A DNA stretch of 64,000 nucleotides from an uncultured Clostridia bacterium (GTDB taxonomy: Bacteria > Bacillota > Clostridia > Christensenellales > CAG-917). Positions 1 through 9,397 of the stretch are shown piece after piece; within the stretch, counting starts at the first letter, position 1, and each line of letters starts with the position of its first letter. Both the position numbers and the translations under genes were made by a program. The notes beneath the pieces were generated by a model that was given only the letters and a program-made list of their open reading frames with translations, was not told where the DNA came from and made no database searches. The stretch is taken from positions 259,204 to 323,203 of the forward strand of contig CASECZ010000001.1 of assembly GCA_949286725.1 (NCBI GenBank). Reading direction: 5' to 3'.

Positions 1-638
1 TCGAGATTGTGCGTGGAGAAAAGTATCGTGTTGCCCTTTGCGGCGTAGTCTTTCATGAACTGCGACACCGCATTCATCGTGCGGGGGTCCAGCCCAAGCA
101 TGGGTTCGTCCAGCACCCAAAGGCGAGGCGAATGTATAAGACTGCCCATCATGCAGATTTTCTGTTTCATGCCGTGGGAGTAACTGGTTATCAGATTGCG
201 GATTTTGTCACCGAGGTGGAAACAGCGTTGCAGTTCTTCGAGCCGCGCTTCGCGCTCCTCTTTGCCCACACCGTAGATGTCCGCCATAAACGCCACGTAT
301 TCGAGCCCCGTCATCTTGGAAAAAACGGCGTGATTGTCCGTGACGAAACCGAAATTGCGCTTGGCTTTCATACCGTCGCCCTTGACGGAGTTGCCGAGCA
401 CGTAAATCTCGCCCTCCTTGAAAGGCAAAATGCCCGTAAGACATTTGAGCGTGGTGGATTTGCCCGCGCCGTTTGACCCGAGCAAACCCACGATTTCGCC
501 TTTGCGGCACACGAAAGACACGTCCTTTACGGCATAGTCCTTTGCTCTGGGATACTTTTTGCTCAGGTTGTCGATTTCGACGACGATTTCGCTCTCGCGG
601 GTATCGTCGGCAACGGGGGTCAGTTCTTCTTTGTCCAT
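1..638 (-). CDS. ABC transporter ATP-binding protein (ABC-2/drug-exporter type). The C-terminus runs off the left edge.
   Basis: Reverse translation from the ATG (complement of 636-638), preceded by GAGGAG, reads MDKEELTPV...GLLGSNGAGKSTTLK (Walker A)...SHGMKQK...LWVLDEP (Walker B). It is absent from the ORF track because no stop lies inside the window. The 9..476 + ORF is its shadow frame. Confidence 0.85.
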   Translation of the reverse strand, partial: MDKEELTPVADDTRESEIVVEIDNLSKKYPRAKDYAVKDVSFVCRKGEIVGLLGSNGAGKSTTLKCLTGILPFKEGEIYVLGNSVKGDGMKAKRNFGFVTDNHAVFSKMTGLEYVAFMADIYGVGKEEREARLEELQRCFHLGDKIRNLITSYSHGMKQKICMMGSLIHSPRLWVLDEPMLGLDPRTMNAVSQFMKDYAAKGNTILFSTHNL

Positions 639-964
639 TCTCTCCTCGAAAATCATATATGACGTTGTTATCTTCTGCGATAAACCGCTTAATATCAGCC
701 GTCCGACAAAGTGCGCGCCCATACGCGGGCAAACGCAAGCGTACGACAATTATAGACAATATTATCATTAAATATATGTGAAAGCAAACATAATGAGCCA
801 CCTGTTCAAAAAAATATTTACGAACTTTTATATTTCCTGCCTGTCTTTCGGGGCTCCGAATTGCTTTTTCCGTCGTTTGCACGGCTTTAAGAAGGTCTTT
901 TTGCACCCCGACAGACGGATTTTCCTTCCGAAAAACGGTAAATCGAGTACTAAAACGCCGCACA

Positions 965-993
965 TTGACAAAAATCCGTTTATATCATATAAT
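965..993 (+). promoter_or_regulatory. Sigma-70-like promoter (TTGACA-17-TATAAT) for the DUF21-CBS gene
   Basis: TTGACA at 965-970, a 17-nt spacer, and TATAAT at 988-993. It lies about 125 nt upstream of the ATG at 1118. Confidence 0.5.
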
Positions 994-1065
994 GAATGTG
1001 CGAAGTCGGTCTGCCGACGGTCGCGAGGAGACTGTGGTGTAAGATTTTTTACTGAGTTTATACAG

Positions 1066-1076
1066 CCCCCCCCCCC
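1066..1076 (+). repeat. Homopolymeric C11 tract in the 5' leader
   Basis: An uninterrupted run of 11 C between the predicted promoter and the RBS of the 1118 gene. Confidence 0.9.
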
Positions 1077-1117
1077 TTTAACCGTTTTTACGGTGTCGAT
1101 TTCCTTTGGAGGATAAA

Positions 1118-2209
1118 ATGAACAACGGAACGGCCGTAGGCCTTATTATTGCGATAGCCGTACTCATCGTCTTTTCGGCGTACTTTTCCGCGACCGAAAC
1201 CGCCTTTACGGGCTACAACGCAGTGAGGATGAAACGCCTCGCACAGAAAAAGAAATCCGCCCGCCTCGTGCTCAAAATGAGCGAAAACTACAACAACGTA
1301 CTCTCAACCCTGCTCATCGGCAACAACATCGTCAACATCGCCTCGGCGTCCATCGCCACGGTGGTGTTCACGTTCTATTTCGAAGACATCGGCGTCACGC
1401 TCTCGACGGTGGTCATGACCGTGCTCGTGCTGATTTTCGGCGAAATATCGCCAAAGAGCCTCGCAAAAGAGGCACCCGAAACCTTTGCCTGTTTCGCGGT
1501 GTATCCCCTCTATTTCTTCTCCATAATCTTCTGGCCTCTCAACCAGATTTTCAATCTGTGGAAAAAACTGCTCAACAAGATTTTCAGACTGGGCAAGAAG
1601 CAGCCCACCCTCACGGAAGAGGAATTCCGCATGATGGTGACGGAAATCAAGGACGAAGGCGTGCTCAACGACATCGAACACGACATCATACAAAACACCA
1701 TACGCTACGACGACCAGCTGGTCAAAAACGTGATGGTGATGGCGGACGACGTGACGGCGGTGTCGCTGAACACCCCGTTCGAGGACATAAAAGCCGTGTT
1801 CGAAAACGACAACTACTCCCGCGTACCCGTCTACGACGGAGATCCGTCTAAGGTGGCGGGCATTCTCTACCGCGCCGACTTCTACGAAATGCTGCTGAAC
1901 GGCGGCAAGGATTTGTCCGCGCTGATACGCCAACCTATGTTGACGACCCCGGACGCCAAGATATCCGTGCTGTTCAAATCCATGCAGCAAGCGCGAATTC
2001 ATATGGCAATCGTCGTCGACAAAAACGGTGCGGCGACGGGTCTTGTCACAATGGAAGACATTCTCGAAGAACTTATGGGCGAAATCGAAGACCGTTACGA
2101 CGCCGAGCCCGACCCCGACGACGATGACGGGGAGAACCCCGTCGCCGAAAACGACGCGCCGACGCCCGCGACGGGCGGGGAACCGTCCTCCGACGGCAAG
2201 GAAAAATAA
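1118..2209 (+). CDS. DUF21 + CBS-pair membrane protein (CNNM/CorC/TlyC family) with an acidic C-terminal tail
   Basis: The ORF track protein has N-terminal TM helices with the SATETAF motif, then a CBS-pair region (VMVMADDV...ARIHMAIVVDKNGAATGLVTMEDILEEL). GGAGGA lies upstream of the ATG at 1118. The track start at 1106 is a TTG four codons earlier. Confidence 0.85.
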   Translation: MNNGTAVGLIIAIAVLIVFSAYFSATETAFTGYNAVRMKRLAQKKKSARLVLKMSENYNNVLSTLLIGNNIVNIASASIATVVFTFYFEDIGVTLSTVVMTVLVLIFGEISPKSLAKEAPETFACFAVYPLYFFSIIFWPLNQIFNLWKKLLNKIFRLGKKQPTLTEEEFRMMVTEIKDEGVLNDIEHDIIQNTIRYDDQLVKNVMVMADDVTAVSLNTPFEDIKAVFENDNYSRVPVYDGDPSKVAGILYRADFYEMLLNGGKDLSALIRQPMLTTPDAKISVLFKSMQQARIHMAIVVDKNGAATGLVTMEDILEELMGEIEDRYDAEPDPDDDDGENPVAENDAPTPATGGEPSSDGKEK

Positions 2210-2235
2210 TCTGCCCGACCCCGCGACGAAAACGA

Positions 2236-2263
2236 AACGCCCCTGCATATGCAAGGGCGTTTT
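2236..2263 (+). terminator. Rho-independent terminator after the DUF21-CBS gene
   Basis: AACGCCC...GGGCGTT stem with an inner TGCAT/ATGCA pairing, followed by TTTT. Confidence 0.6.
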
Positions 2264-2530
2264 CCGTATTCTAACCCGTCGGATTTTTGTTCTCGCCTCC
2301 TTTTACGCCTGTCGTTCGGCGCGTTGCGCGCACCTCTTTTTCAAAACTTCGCCTCGGTTTTGCGACATTCGGTATCTCAACCCGTCCGCTTGAGCATAAT
2401 TGCACAAAGAGCGTTGCGGGCGTGCGGCGCGCCCGCTTGCACACGTTTGCATATGCATACGTGCGCGCTTTCTTCTTGCTTTTGCCGACGGGTTGTAGTA
2501 TAATAACCTAACTTTGAAAGGGAGTGCGAG

Positions 2531-4567
2531 ATGAACAACATTATCCTCAAAATCGATGACGGCGAATTGTTCAATTTTTTCGACAGCGAGTCGAGAAAAT
2601 CCTTTACCGTCGGCTCGAAACGGAATTGCGACGTTGTCATCAAATCCTCTCTCGTCGCACCCATGCAGTTGCGGTGCGTTTGCAAGGACGACGTGTGGTA
2701 TGTCGAAGACGTAACCCCCGACGGATTCAAGTCCGAAGTGCTGATAGGCGGCAAGCGTTTCCGCCGTCCCATCGTCCGTCTGGACAACGAAATCGTCATC
2801 AGAAAACCCGACGACAAGCACAGCAAGGATGCAATCCGCATCTCCATCGTCAAGAAAATTTCGCGTCGGCGCAGCGGGTCGAAAGTGGACCTCGCCCAAA
2901 AGACCGTGACCACCGTGGGCAGAAACGCGTCCTGCGACATCGTGCTGGACAACCCAATGGTGTCCGAAAAGCACTTCCGCATCATCTACGACGGCAAGTC
3001 CTGTTTCATCGAGGACCTGCACACGATAAACGGCACATACGTCAACAACCGCAAAATCCGTCGTGCCGAACTCAAAGATTACGACAGAATTTCCATTCCG
3101 TCGGCGGCGTACACCTTCTACGACAAAAAGCTGCTCTTCTCCACCTCTCCCGCAGGCATTCAGATTGATGCGGTAGGCGTGTGCAAAGAGGTGACCGACA
3201 GAAAGACGCGCGCCAAAATCCGACTGGTCGACAGCGTGTCTTTCAGAATAGAAGCGGGCGATTTCGTGGCGATAGTCGGCGGAAGCGGCACAGGCAAATC
3301 CACTCTGCTGGACTGCGTGAACGGCATCCGTCCCGCAACCGGCGGCGGCATCTACTACGACACAAACAGCTATTACGAAAACATTAAGTCCTACAAGGAA
3401 GTCATCGGTTACGTTCCGCAGAAGGACATAATGCACGACGACCTCACTCTGGAACAGGGGCTATACTACACCGCCCGTCTGCGCATGCGTTCCAGCATGT
3501 TCAAGGACGAGGTCAAACAGCGTGTGGCGCAGGCAATCGCGGACGTCAGCCTTGCAGGCTGGGAACACGTGAAGATATCCTCTCTGTCGGGCGGTCAGCG
3601 CAAGCGCGTGTCCATAGCGATGGAACTGCTTTCCGACCCGAAAGTCATCTTCCTGGACGAGCCGACGAGCGGACTTTCCCCCGACCTCGACCTGGAAATG
3701 ATGGGCTTGTTGAAGGAACTCGCCTCCAAAGGCAGAACCATCGTCGTGATAACCCACGCCATGGAAAACCTCGACAAGTGCGACAAAATCGCTTTCCTCG
3801 GCAAGGGCGGCAAACTCTGTTTCTACGGCAGCCACGACGAGATCTTCCGTTACTTCAACCGCAAGAGTTATTCGCGCATATTCGCCGCGCTCAACAACCC
3901 CAAGGTCTGCGAGTATTTCGAACTCAAATACCGCGCCTCGGACTACTACAAAAAACTGTATTCGGCGTTTGTCGCGCTGTACGGCGAGTCAATCAACACA
4001 CTTCTGCCGCCCGTCAAACAACAGAAACCCAAACGGACGGCAAAAAGCGGCGGCAAGGCTCAATCCGAGCAACCGCCCGCGCCTCTGCCCGACGACGACA
4101 ATTACGAGGATTTCGCTTTCGACCGAGTGCCGGAGGAAACTCCGACCGCGGAGGACGAAACGCGCGTCGGCGAAATCAGCGGGTACGTATCCAAGAGCGC
4201 GCGTCGCAGAGGGGCTGCGCCCCCTGCCGACGCCAATCCCTTCGACGTGATACCCGAAGAGAACGTCGAAAACGACGGTGCGTTCGATTTCGCGACGCTG
4301 ACGGACGAAGACGCCTCAACCGCGGACGTCGAGGAGAAGCCCGCAGCCGAGCCCGAAGCGCTGACTGCTCCTCCCGCGGAAGAGAGCACGGTGTCGGAGG
4401 CAAAGCCCGCAAAACGCAGGGCGGCGCGTGCGCCTAAAGCCAAGGCGCAGACCGCGGACATACAGGACGCACCCGACGCGGAAAATGAGGCAAAACCGCG
4501 CAAATCGCGCAGAAAGAAGGCGGAAGAACAACCGCAAAGGGAGGACGACAATGAAGAAACCCGTTGA
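2531..4567 (+). CDS. Double-FHA-domain ABC transporter ATPase (ABCG/Rv1747-like architecture) with a long low-complexity tail
   Basis: Two FHA-like segments (FTVGSKRNCDVVI...; TTVGRNASCDIVLDNPMVSEKHFRI...GTYVNNRKI). These are followed by Walker A GGSGTGKST, signature LSGGQRKR and Walker B IFLDEPTSGL. The last ~200 aa are Ala/Pro/Glu/Lys-rich. Confidence 0.9.
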   Translation: MNNIILKIDDGELFNFFDSESRKSFTVGSKRNCDVVIKSSLVAPMQLRCVCKDDVWYVEDVTPDGFKSEVLIGGKRFRRPIVRLDNEIVIRKPDDKHSKDAIRISIVKKISRRRSGSKVDLAQKTVTTVGRNASCDIVLDNPMVSEKHFRIIYDGKSCFIEDLHTINGTYVNNRKIRRAELKDYDRISIPSAAYTFYDKKLLFSTSPAGIQIDAVGVCKEVTDRKTRAKIRLVDSVSFRIEAGDFVAIVGGSGTGKSTLLDCVNGIRPATGGGIYYDTNSYYENIKSYKEVIGYVPQKDIMHDDLTLEQGLYYTARLRMRSSMFKDEVKQRVAQAIADVSLAGWEHVKISSLSGGQRKRVSIAMELLSDPKVIFLDEPTSGLSPDLDLEMMGLLKELASKGRTIVVITHAMENLDKCDKIAFLGKGGKLCFYGSHDEIFRYFNRKSYSRIFAALNNPKVCEYFELKYRASDYYKKLYSAFVALYGESINTLLPPVKQQKPKRTAKSGGKAQSEQPPAPLPDDDNYEDFAFDRVPEETPTAEDETRVGEISGYVSKSARRRGAAPPADANPFDVIPEENVENDGAFDFATLTDEDASTADVEEKPAAEPEALTAPPAEESTVSEAKPAKRRAARAPKAKAQTADIQDAPDAENEAKPRKSRRKKAEEQPQREDDNEETR

Positions 4568-5366
4568 ATTCTCCCCCAGAATGAACGTAATTCAGTTCCG
4601 CGTGCTGTTTTGCAGGTACATGCGGCAGATAATAACCAACCCGTGGACGATAATACCGCTCGTGCTCGAAGCGCCGTTTATGCTCGTCATAGTCTCCTTT
4701 GTTTACAAGGACAACTGCTTCATAGATTTCGGAAAAGGCGGCTTAAGCGCCGCGAACACGACACTCTTCCTGCTCGCGCTCGCGCCCGCGCTGATGGGAT
4801 TGCTCAACAGTTACCGCGAAATCTGCAAGGAAAGAGAGATACTCTCCCGCGAGGTATTCGGCGGGCTGGACGTGACGGCGTACGTCGTTTCTAAGGTTGC
4901 CGTGCTGGCAATCGTCGGCGCCGTGCAGACTTTCATACTCGTGTTCGGCAGTATGATTTTCATCGACTACGGCTTCTCGCGTCCGTCCTACTCGATATTC
5001 TTCTTCCTTGTGGCGATATTCCTCACCAACTACGCGGTGACGGCAATGGGACTGTTGGTGTCGGCGCTGCTGAAAAAATCGGAAAGCGCGATACTGCCCG
5101 TCCTCATCATCATAATAATGCAGGTCGTATTCGCGGGGTCGCTGCTGGAATTCGAAGAGCCCGTGAAATATCTCTACTTCATAACGCCCGCGATGTACGG
5201 CAACTCCGTACTGGGCAACGTGGCGGGGTTGAACGCTTTCTTCACAATGCGCGAAATCTTCGACTACAACGTGTATGCGTCGTGCGTGATACTGTTGGCA
5301 ATCGCCTTCGTCTGCCACGTACTCACCGTCATAAAACTCAAACGCGATTATCGCACAAAGGACTAA
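4551..5366 (+). CDS. ABC-2 type permease partner of the FHA-ABC ATPase
   Basis: Multi-TM hydrophobic protein. The ATG at 4551 (MKKPVEF...) follows GGAGGA and overlaps the upstream stop. The Arg-rich N-terminal extension in the track (from 4428) is rejected. Confidence 0.8.
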   Translation: MKKPVEFSPRMNVIQFRVLFCRYMRQIITNPWTIIPLVLEAPFMLVIVSFVYKDNCFIDFGKGGLSAANTTLFLLALAPALMGLLNSYREICKEREILSREVFGGLDVTAYVVSKVAVLAIVGAVQTFILVFGSMIFIDYGFSRPSYSIFFFLVAIFLTNYAVTAMGLLVSALLKKSESAILPVLIIIIMQVVFAGSLLEFEEPVKYLYFITPAMYGNSVLGNVAGLNAFFTMREIFDYNVYASCVILLAIAFVCHVLTVIKLKRDYRTKD

Positions 5367-5393
5367 CGGAGCGCGCTCCGCAGGAGAAAACAT

Positions 5394-6110
5394 ATGTTGG
5401 AACTCAAACACATAACCTACTCCGTACCGCAGGACGGCACGACGGAAAGAAAGGTCATCCTTTCCGACGTGAGTCTGTCCTTCCCGGACGGCACAACAAC
5501 CGTAATCACCGGACACAACGGGAGCGGAAAATCCACCCTCGTCAAACTGATTATGGGCATAGAGAACCCCGACTCCGGCAGCATAGTGTTCAACGGAGAG
5601 GATTTCACGCACAAGAACGTCACCGAACGCGCGCAGGCGGGCTTTACCATAGCCTTCCAGCAACCCGTGCGTTTCAAGGGCATAACGGTCAAGAATATGC
5701 TTGATATGGCGTGCAAGAAAAATTGCAGTCACAAAGAGGCTTGCGAATTCCTTTCCGCCGTCGGGCTGTGCGCCAAGAACTATATCAACCGACCTGTGGA
5801 CGGCACCCTTTCGGGCGGAGAACTCAAACGTATCGAGCTTGCCGTGTCCATAGCAAAAGGCGGCGAAGTCTTCCTGCTCGACGAACCCGAAGCGGGCATC
5901 GACCTCTGGAGTTTCGACGAACTGGTCAACCTGTTCGGCACGCTCAAAGACAAAACCGTCGTCATCGTCAGCCACCAGAACAGAATTCTGCAAGCCGCCG
6001 ACCGCATAGTCGTGCTCAACTCTTCCGAGCAGCCCAAAGTCGGCACGCGCGACGAAATTCTGCCCACCTTGACGCAGGAACCCCCGTTCTGCTGCGCAGT
6101 ACAACAATAG
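5394..6110 (+). CDS. sufC: SufC-like Fe-S cluster assembly ATPase
   Basis: Walker A GHNGSGKST, LSGGELKR signature and LLDEPEAGIDL Walker B. The size (~238 aa) and adjacency to a SufB/D-family gene fit SufC. Confidence 0.75.
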   Translation: MLELKHITYSVPQDGTTERKVILSDVSLSFPDGTTTVITGHNGSGKSTLVKLIMGIENPDSGSIVFNGEDFTHKNVTERAQAGFTIAFQQPVRFKGITVKNMLDMACKKNCSHKEACEFLSAVGLCAKNYINRPVDGTLSGGELKRIELAVSIAKGGEVFLLDEPEAGIDLWSFDELVNLFGTLKDKTVVIVSHQNRILQAADRIVVLNSSEQPKVGTRDEILPTLTQEPPFCCAVQQ

Positions 6111-6113
6111 ATT

Positions 6114-7034
6114 ATGGAAAAAACAGACCTCGAACTTCTAGAAAAAATAGCCGAACTGCACTCCATTCCCGAAGGCAGTTTCAACATACGCAAAAACGGA
6201 GCACGGCTGATTGGCAACTCCACCGCCGAAATCCGCATCGAACCCAAAGAGGACAACAAAGGCATCGACATCTACGTCGCTCCCGGCGTCAAGAACAAGA
6301 GCGTGCATATCCCCGTCATCGTCACCGAAGGCAACTTCCACGATGTGACATACAACGACTTTTACATAGGCGAGGACGCCGACGTCACCATCATCGCGGG
6401 GTGCGGCATTCACAACCCCTCTTCGGGCGAGTCGGGACACGACGGCATACACACCTTCCACCTCGGAGAACGGAGTGCGGTCAGATACGTCGAACGTCAC
6501 TATGCGCGCGGCGACGGCAAAGTCAGCCGCCAGGTGTTCAACCCCGTGACGAAAGTCTTTATGGAAAAAGGCTCCCGTATGGATATGGAAACGACGCAAC
6601 TCGGCGGCGTGACCTACACCGACCGACTGACGGAAGCCACCCTCGGCGAGGACGCGAAACTGTTCATCAAAGAAAAGCTTTTCACGGAAAAAGAGGAACA
6701 GGCGATATCCCGTTTCTCCGTCACGCTGAAAGGCAAGAACAGCACCTCGGACGTAGTGAGCCGTTCTGTTGCGCGCGACAATTCCAAACAGGAGTTTTAC
6801 TCCGACGTCATCGGCGAGAACGAATGTTTCGGACACGTGGAATGCGACGGCATACTGCTTGACGGCGCACGCATAATTTCCACTCCGAGAATAGACGCGG
6901 CAAGCCCCGACGCCAGTCTGGTTCACGAAGCGGCGGTGGGCAAAATCGCGGGAGAACAGCTCGTCAAACTGATGAGTTTGGGTCTTACCGAAAAGGAAGC
7001 GGAAGAGGCAGTCATCAAAGGTTTCCTCAACTGA
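6114..7034 (+). CDS. SufB/SufD family Fe-S assembly scaffold protein
   Basis: 306 aa with a beta-helix-like repeat region and the conserved C-terminal HEAAVGKI..EQL.YLMSRGL-type motif (here HEAAVGKIAGEQLVKLMSLGLTEKEA). It lies 3 nt downstream of sufC. Confidence 0.75.
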   Translation: MEKTDLELLEKIAELHSIPEGSFNIRKNGARLIGNSTAEIRIEPKEDNKGIDIYVAPGVKNKSVHIPVIVTEGNFHDVTYNDFYIGEDADVTIIAGCGIHNPSSGESGHDGIHTFHLGERSAVRYVERHYARGDGKVSRQVFNPVTKVFMEKGSRMDMETTQLGGVTYTDRLTEATLGEDAKLFIKEKLFTEKEEQAISRFSVTLKGKNSTSDVVSRSVARDNSKQEFYSDVIGENECFGHVECDGILLDGARIISTPRIDAASPDASLVHEAAVGKIAGEQLVKLMSLGLTEKEAEEAVIKGFLN

Positions 7035-7176
7035 CGGCGGTTTTCAGAGCGCGCGACAACGCAGAAAAAAGGCGTACGGCAAGCGCGCGGAAACCGTGCG
7101 AGAACGCGCCGCAGACACAGGCGCAACGCCCGTTCGATGTCCTCTTCGCAGACGCGATTAAAACTTGTTTTGACAT

Positions 7177-7222
7177 AAAAACGGACTTTACGTTGTCAAT
7201 ACGACGCATAAAGTCCGTTTTT
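7177..7222. terminator. Bidirectional terminator between the convergent suf and dapL operons
   Basis: AAAACGGACTTTA...TAAAGTCCGTTTT long inverted repeat flanked by A and T runs. Confidence 0.6.
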
Positions 7223-7331
7223 GGTTATATTACGCTTTCTTTGTGGAAAACTTTACCGCGCAGTGTTCGTGCGCTTGCGCCCGCACGTTTGACTTTGCAT
7301 CTTTCCGTCGTTTTCGTTTGTCCGCGGTCGG

Positions 7332-8513
7332 TCAGGAAAGAGAGCGGCAAAGCGCATTCAAGCGTTCGGCGGCAACAAGCGTATCGTCGTGCGCACCGAA
7401 CGCAGTCAGCCTGAACCAGCCCTCGCCCGTTTTGCCGAAGCCCACGCCGGGCGTACCCACAACCTGCGCGCGTGTCAGAAGTTCGTCGAAAAATTCCCAC
7501 GACGTCCTGCCCGCAGGACATTTCATCCAGACGTACGGCGAATTGACGCCGCCCGTGTGGGTTATGCCCGCGTCCTGCAATGCGTTGTGTATGACGGTGG
7601 CGTTTTGCATATAGTAGCCGACGTTACGCCCGATTTCCGCCCTTCCCTCCGCAGTCAGAACGGCTTGCGCCGCACGTTGCACAATATACGGCACGCCGTT
7701 GAACTTCGTTGTCTGCCGTCTGTTCCAAAGGGCATTCAGTTTGCCTTCGGCAATGCCTTTCGGCACTACTGTATAGCCGCAACGCAACCCCGTGAATCCC
7801 GCCGTTTTGGAAAAGGAACAGAACTCCACCGCGCACTCCTTTGCACCTTCCACCAGGTATATGCTGGTCGGAAGATTTCCGTCGCGCACGAAACTTTCGT
7901 ACGCCGCGTCGAAGAATATCACCGCATCCGTCGCACGGGCAAAGTCCACCCACTCTTTGAGTTGTTGCGCCGAATACACCGCGCCCGTCGGGTTGGACGG
8001 CGAACACAGATATATGATGTCGAAACGTCCGTCTTCGGGCGGCGCGGGCAAAAATCCGTTGTCCACCGTACCCTCCGCAAAATGCATCTCGTTGCCTGCC
8101 ATTACGTTGACGTCGTAATAGGCGGGATACACGGGGTCGGGCATCAGCACGCGGCTATTGCCGAACAGTTCGGGCATATTGCCGAGGTCGCTTTTCGCGC
8201 CGTCGCTGACGAAGATTTCCTCCGCGTCGAGCGAAACGCCCTTGTCGGCATAGTAGTCGCAAACCGCGTCACGCAAAAAGGCGTACCCTCTTTCGGGTCC
8301 GTACCCGCGGAAGGTTTCCGCGCGACTCTGTTCGTCCACCGCCTTGCGCAAAGCGGCAACCGCGCTGTCCGTAAGCGGCAAAGTCACGTCGCCTATGCCG
8401 AGGCTTATAACACGCTCGTCGGGGTGACTTGCCTTGTATGCGCCCACCCTGTGCGCTATTTCGGCGAACAGGTAGCTTTCTTTGAGATTGAGATAGTTTG
8501 AGTTAAGCTTCAT
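7332..8513 (-). CDS. dapL: LL-diaminopimelate aminotransferase
   Basis: 393 aa. It starts MKLNSNYLNLKESYLFAEI, has the PLP-lysine context SFSKTAGFTGLRCGY, and is coupled (ATGA overlap) to dapF. Confidence 0.9.
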   Translation of the reverse strand: MKLNSNYLNLKESYLFAEIAHRVGAYKASHPDERVISLGIGDVTLPLTDSAVAALRKAVDEQSRAETFRGYGPERGYAFLRDAVCDYYADKGVSLDAEEIFVSDGAKSDLGNMPELFGNSRVLMPDPVYPAYYDVNVMAGNEMHFAEGTVDNGFLPAPPEDGRFDIIYLCSPSNPTGAVYSAQQLKEWVDFARATDAVIFFDAAYESFVRDGNLPTSIYLVEGAKECAVEFCSFSKTAGFTGLRCGYTVVPKGIAEGKLNALWNRRQTTKFNGVPYIVQRAAQAVLTAEGRAEIGRNVGYYMQNATVIHNALQDAGITHTGGVNSPYVWMKCPAGRTSWEFFDELLTRAQVVGTPGVGFGKTGEGWFRLTAFGAHDDTLVAAERLNALCRSLS

Positions 8514-9388
8514 AGTTCGACATCTCCCGTAAAATTGACTTTTGCGTCGCCGTTCATGTACACACCGTCACAGTGCAGCCCGATTGTCAGCACTCCGCCC
8601 GTAAGGGCGACGCGTATCGGCTTGGACGCGTCGGCAAATCCGTTGAGCACCGCCGCCACCGCCGTGGCGCAGCTGCCCGTGCCGCACGCCATAGTCTCGC
8701 CGCTGCCGCGCTCCCATACGCGCATCGCAAGATCGTTGCCCTCTCCGACCCGTACGAATTCGGCGTTCACCCTTTCGGGGAACATTGGGTGATTTTCCAG
8801 CGCCGCACCGTATTTTGCGAGGTCAAAATCCTCCAACGGTTCATCGACGAAAGCCACGCAATGCGGGTTGCCCATACTGACGGCGGTTATGCGGAAAGTG
8901 CGGCCGCACACGGTCACGGGCACGTCAACAAGCGCGTTTTCGCCGCTTTTCGTGCGCACGGTTTTCACTCCAGCCGCCGAAAGGTCGACTGGAACTTTTT
9001 CCGCTTCCAGCACGGGCAACCCCATATTGACCGTCGCCCCCGTGCAAACACCGTTTTCTATGCACAACGCAATAGGTTTGACTCCGCTTGCCGTTTCCAC
9101 GCGCACCGCGGTAGTCGTGACGTAACCGTTGTCGAAAAGATACTTGCCCACGCACCGCACGGCGTTGCCGCACATTTTGCCCTCGCTTCCGTCAGCATTG
9201 AACATTCTCATACGCGCGTCGGCAACTTCGCTTTTCATGATGAGCACGACGCCGTCGCCGCCCACGCCGAAATGTCTGTCGCTGAGCGCGGGTATTGCTC
9301 CGATAATCCTTTCCGCCGCGCCGTCGTCTTTCATAAGGTCGAAATACACGTAATCGTTGCCGCAGCCGTTCATCTTGACGAATTTCAT
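8510..9388 (-). CDS. dapF: Diaminopimelate epimerase
   Basis: MKFVKMNGCGNDYVYFD N-terminus and a second catalytic Cys context (ACGTGSCA). Confidence 0.9.
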   Translation of the reverse strand: MKFVKMNGCGNDYVYFDLMKDDGAAERIIGAIPALSDRHFGVGGDGVVLIMKSEVADARMRMFNADGSEGKMCGNAVRCVGKYLFDNGYVTTTAVRVETASGVKPIALCIENGVCTGATVNMGLPVLEAEKVPVDLSAAGVKTVRTKSGENALVDVPVTVCGRTFRITAVSMGNPHCVAFVDEPLEDFDLAKYGAALENHPMFPERVNAEFVRVGEGNDLAMRVWERGSGETMACGTGSCATAVAAVLNGFADASKPIRVALTGGVLTIGLHCDGVYMNGDAKVNFTGDVEL

Positions 9389-9397
9389 TTTCTCCTC

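Noticed and set aside
208-963. 251-aa minus-strand ORF spanning the left intergenic region
   Set aside because: It overlaps the real ABC ATPase gene out of frame and runs through the AT-rich promoter region. Its composition is Arg-rich and implausible.
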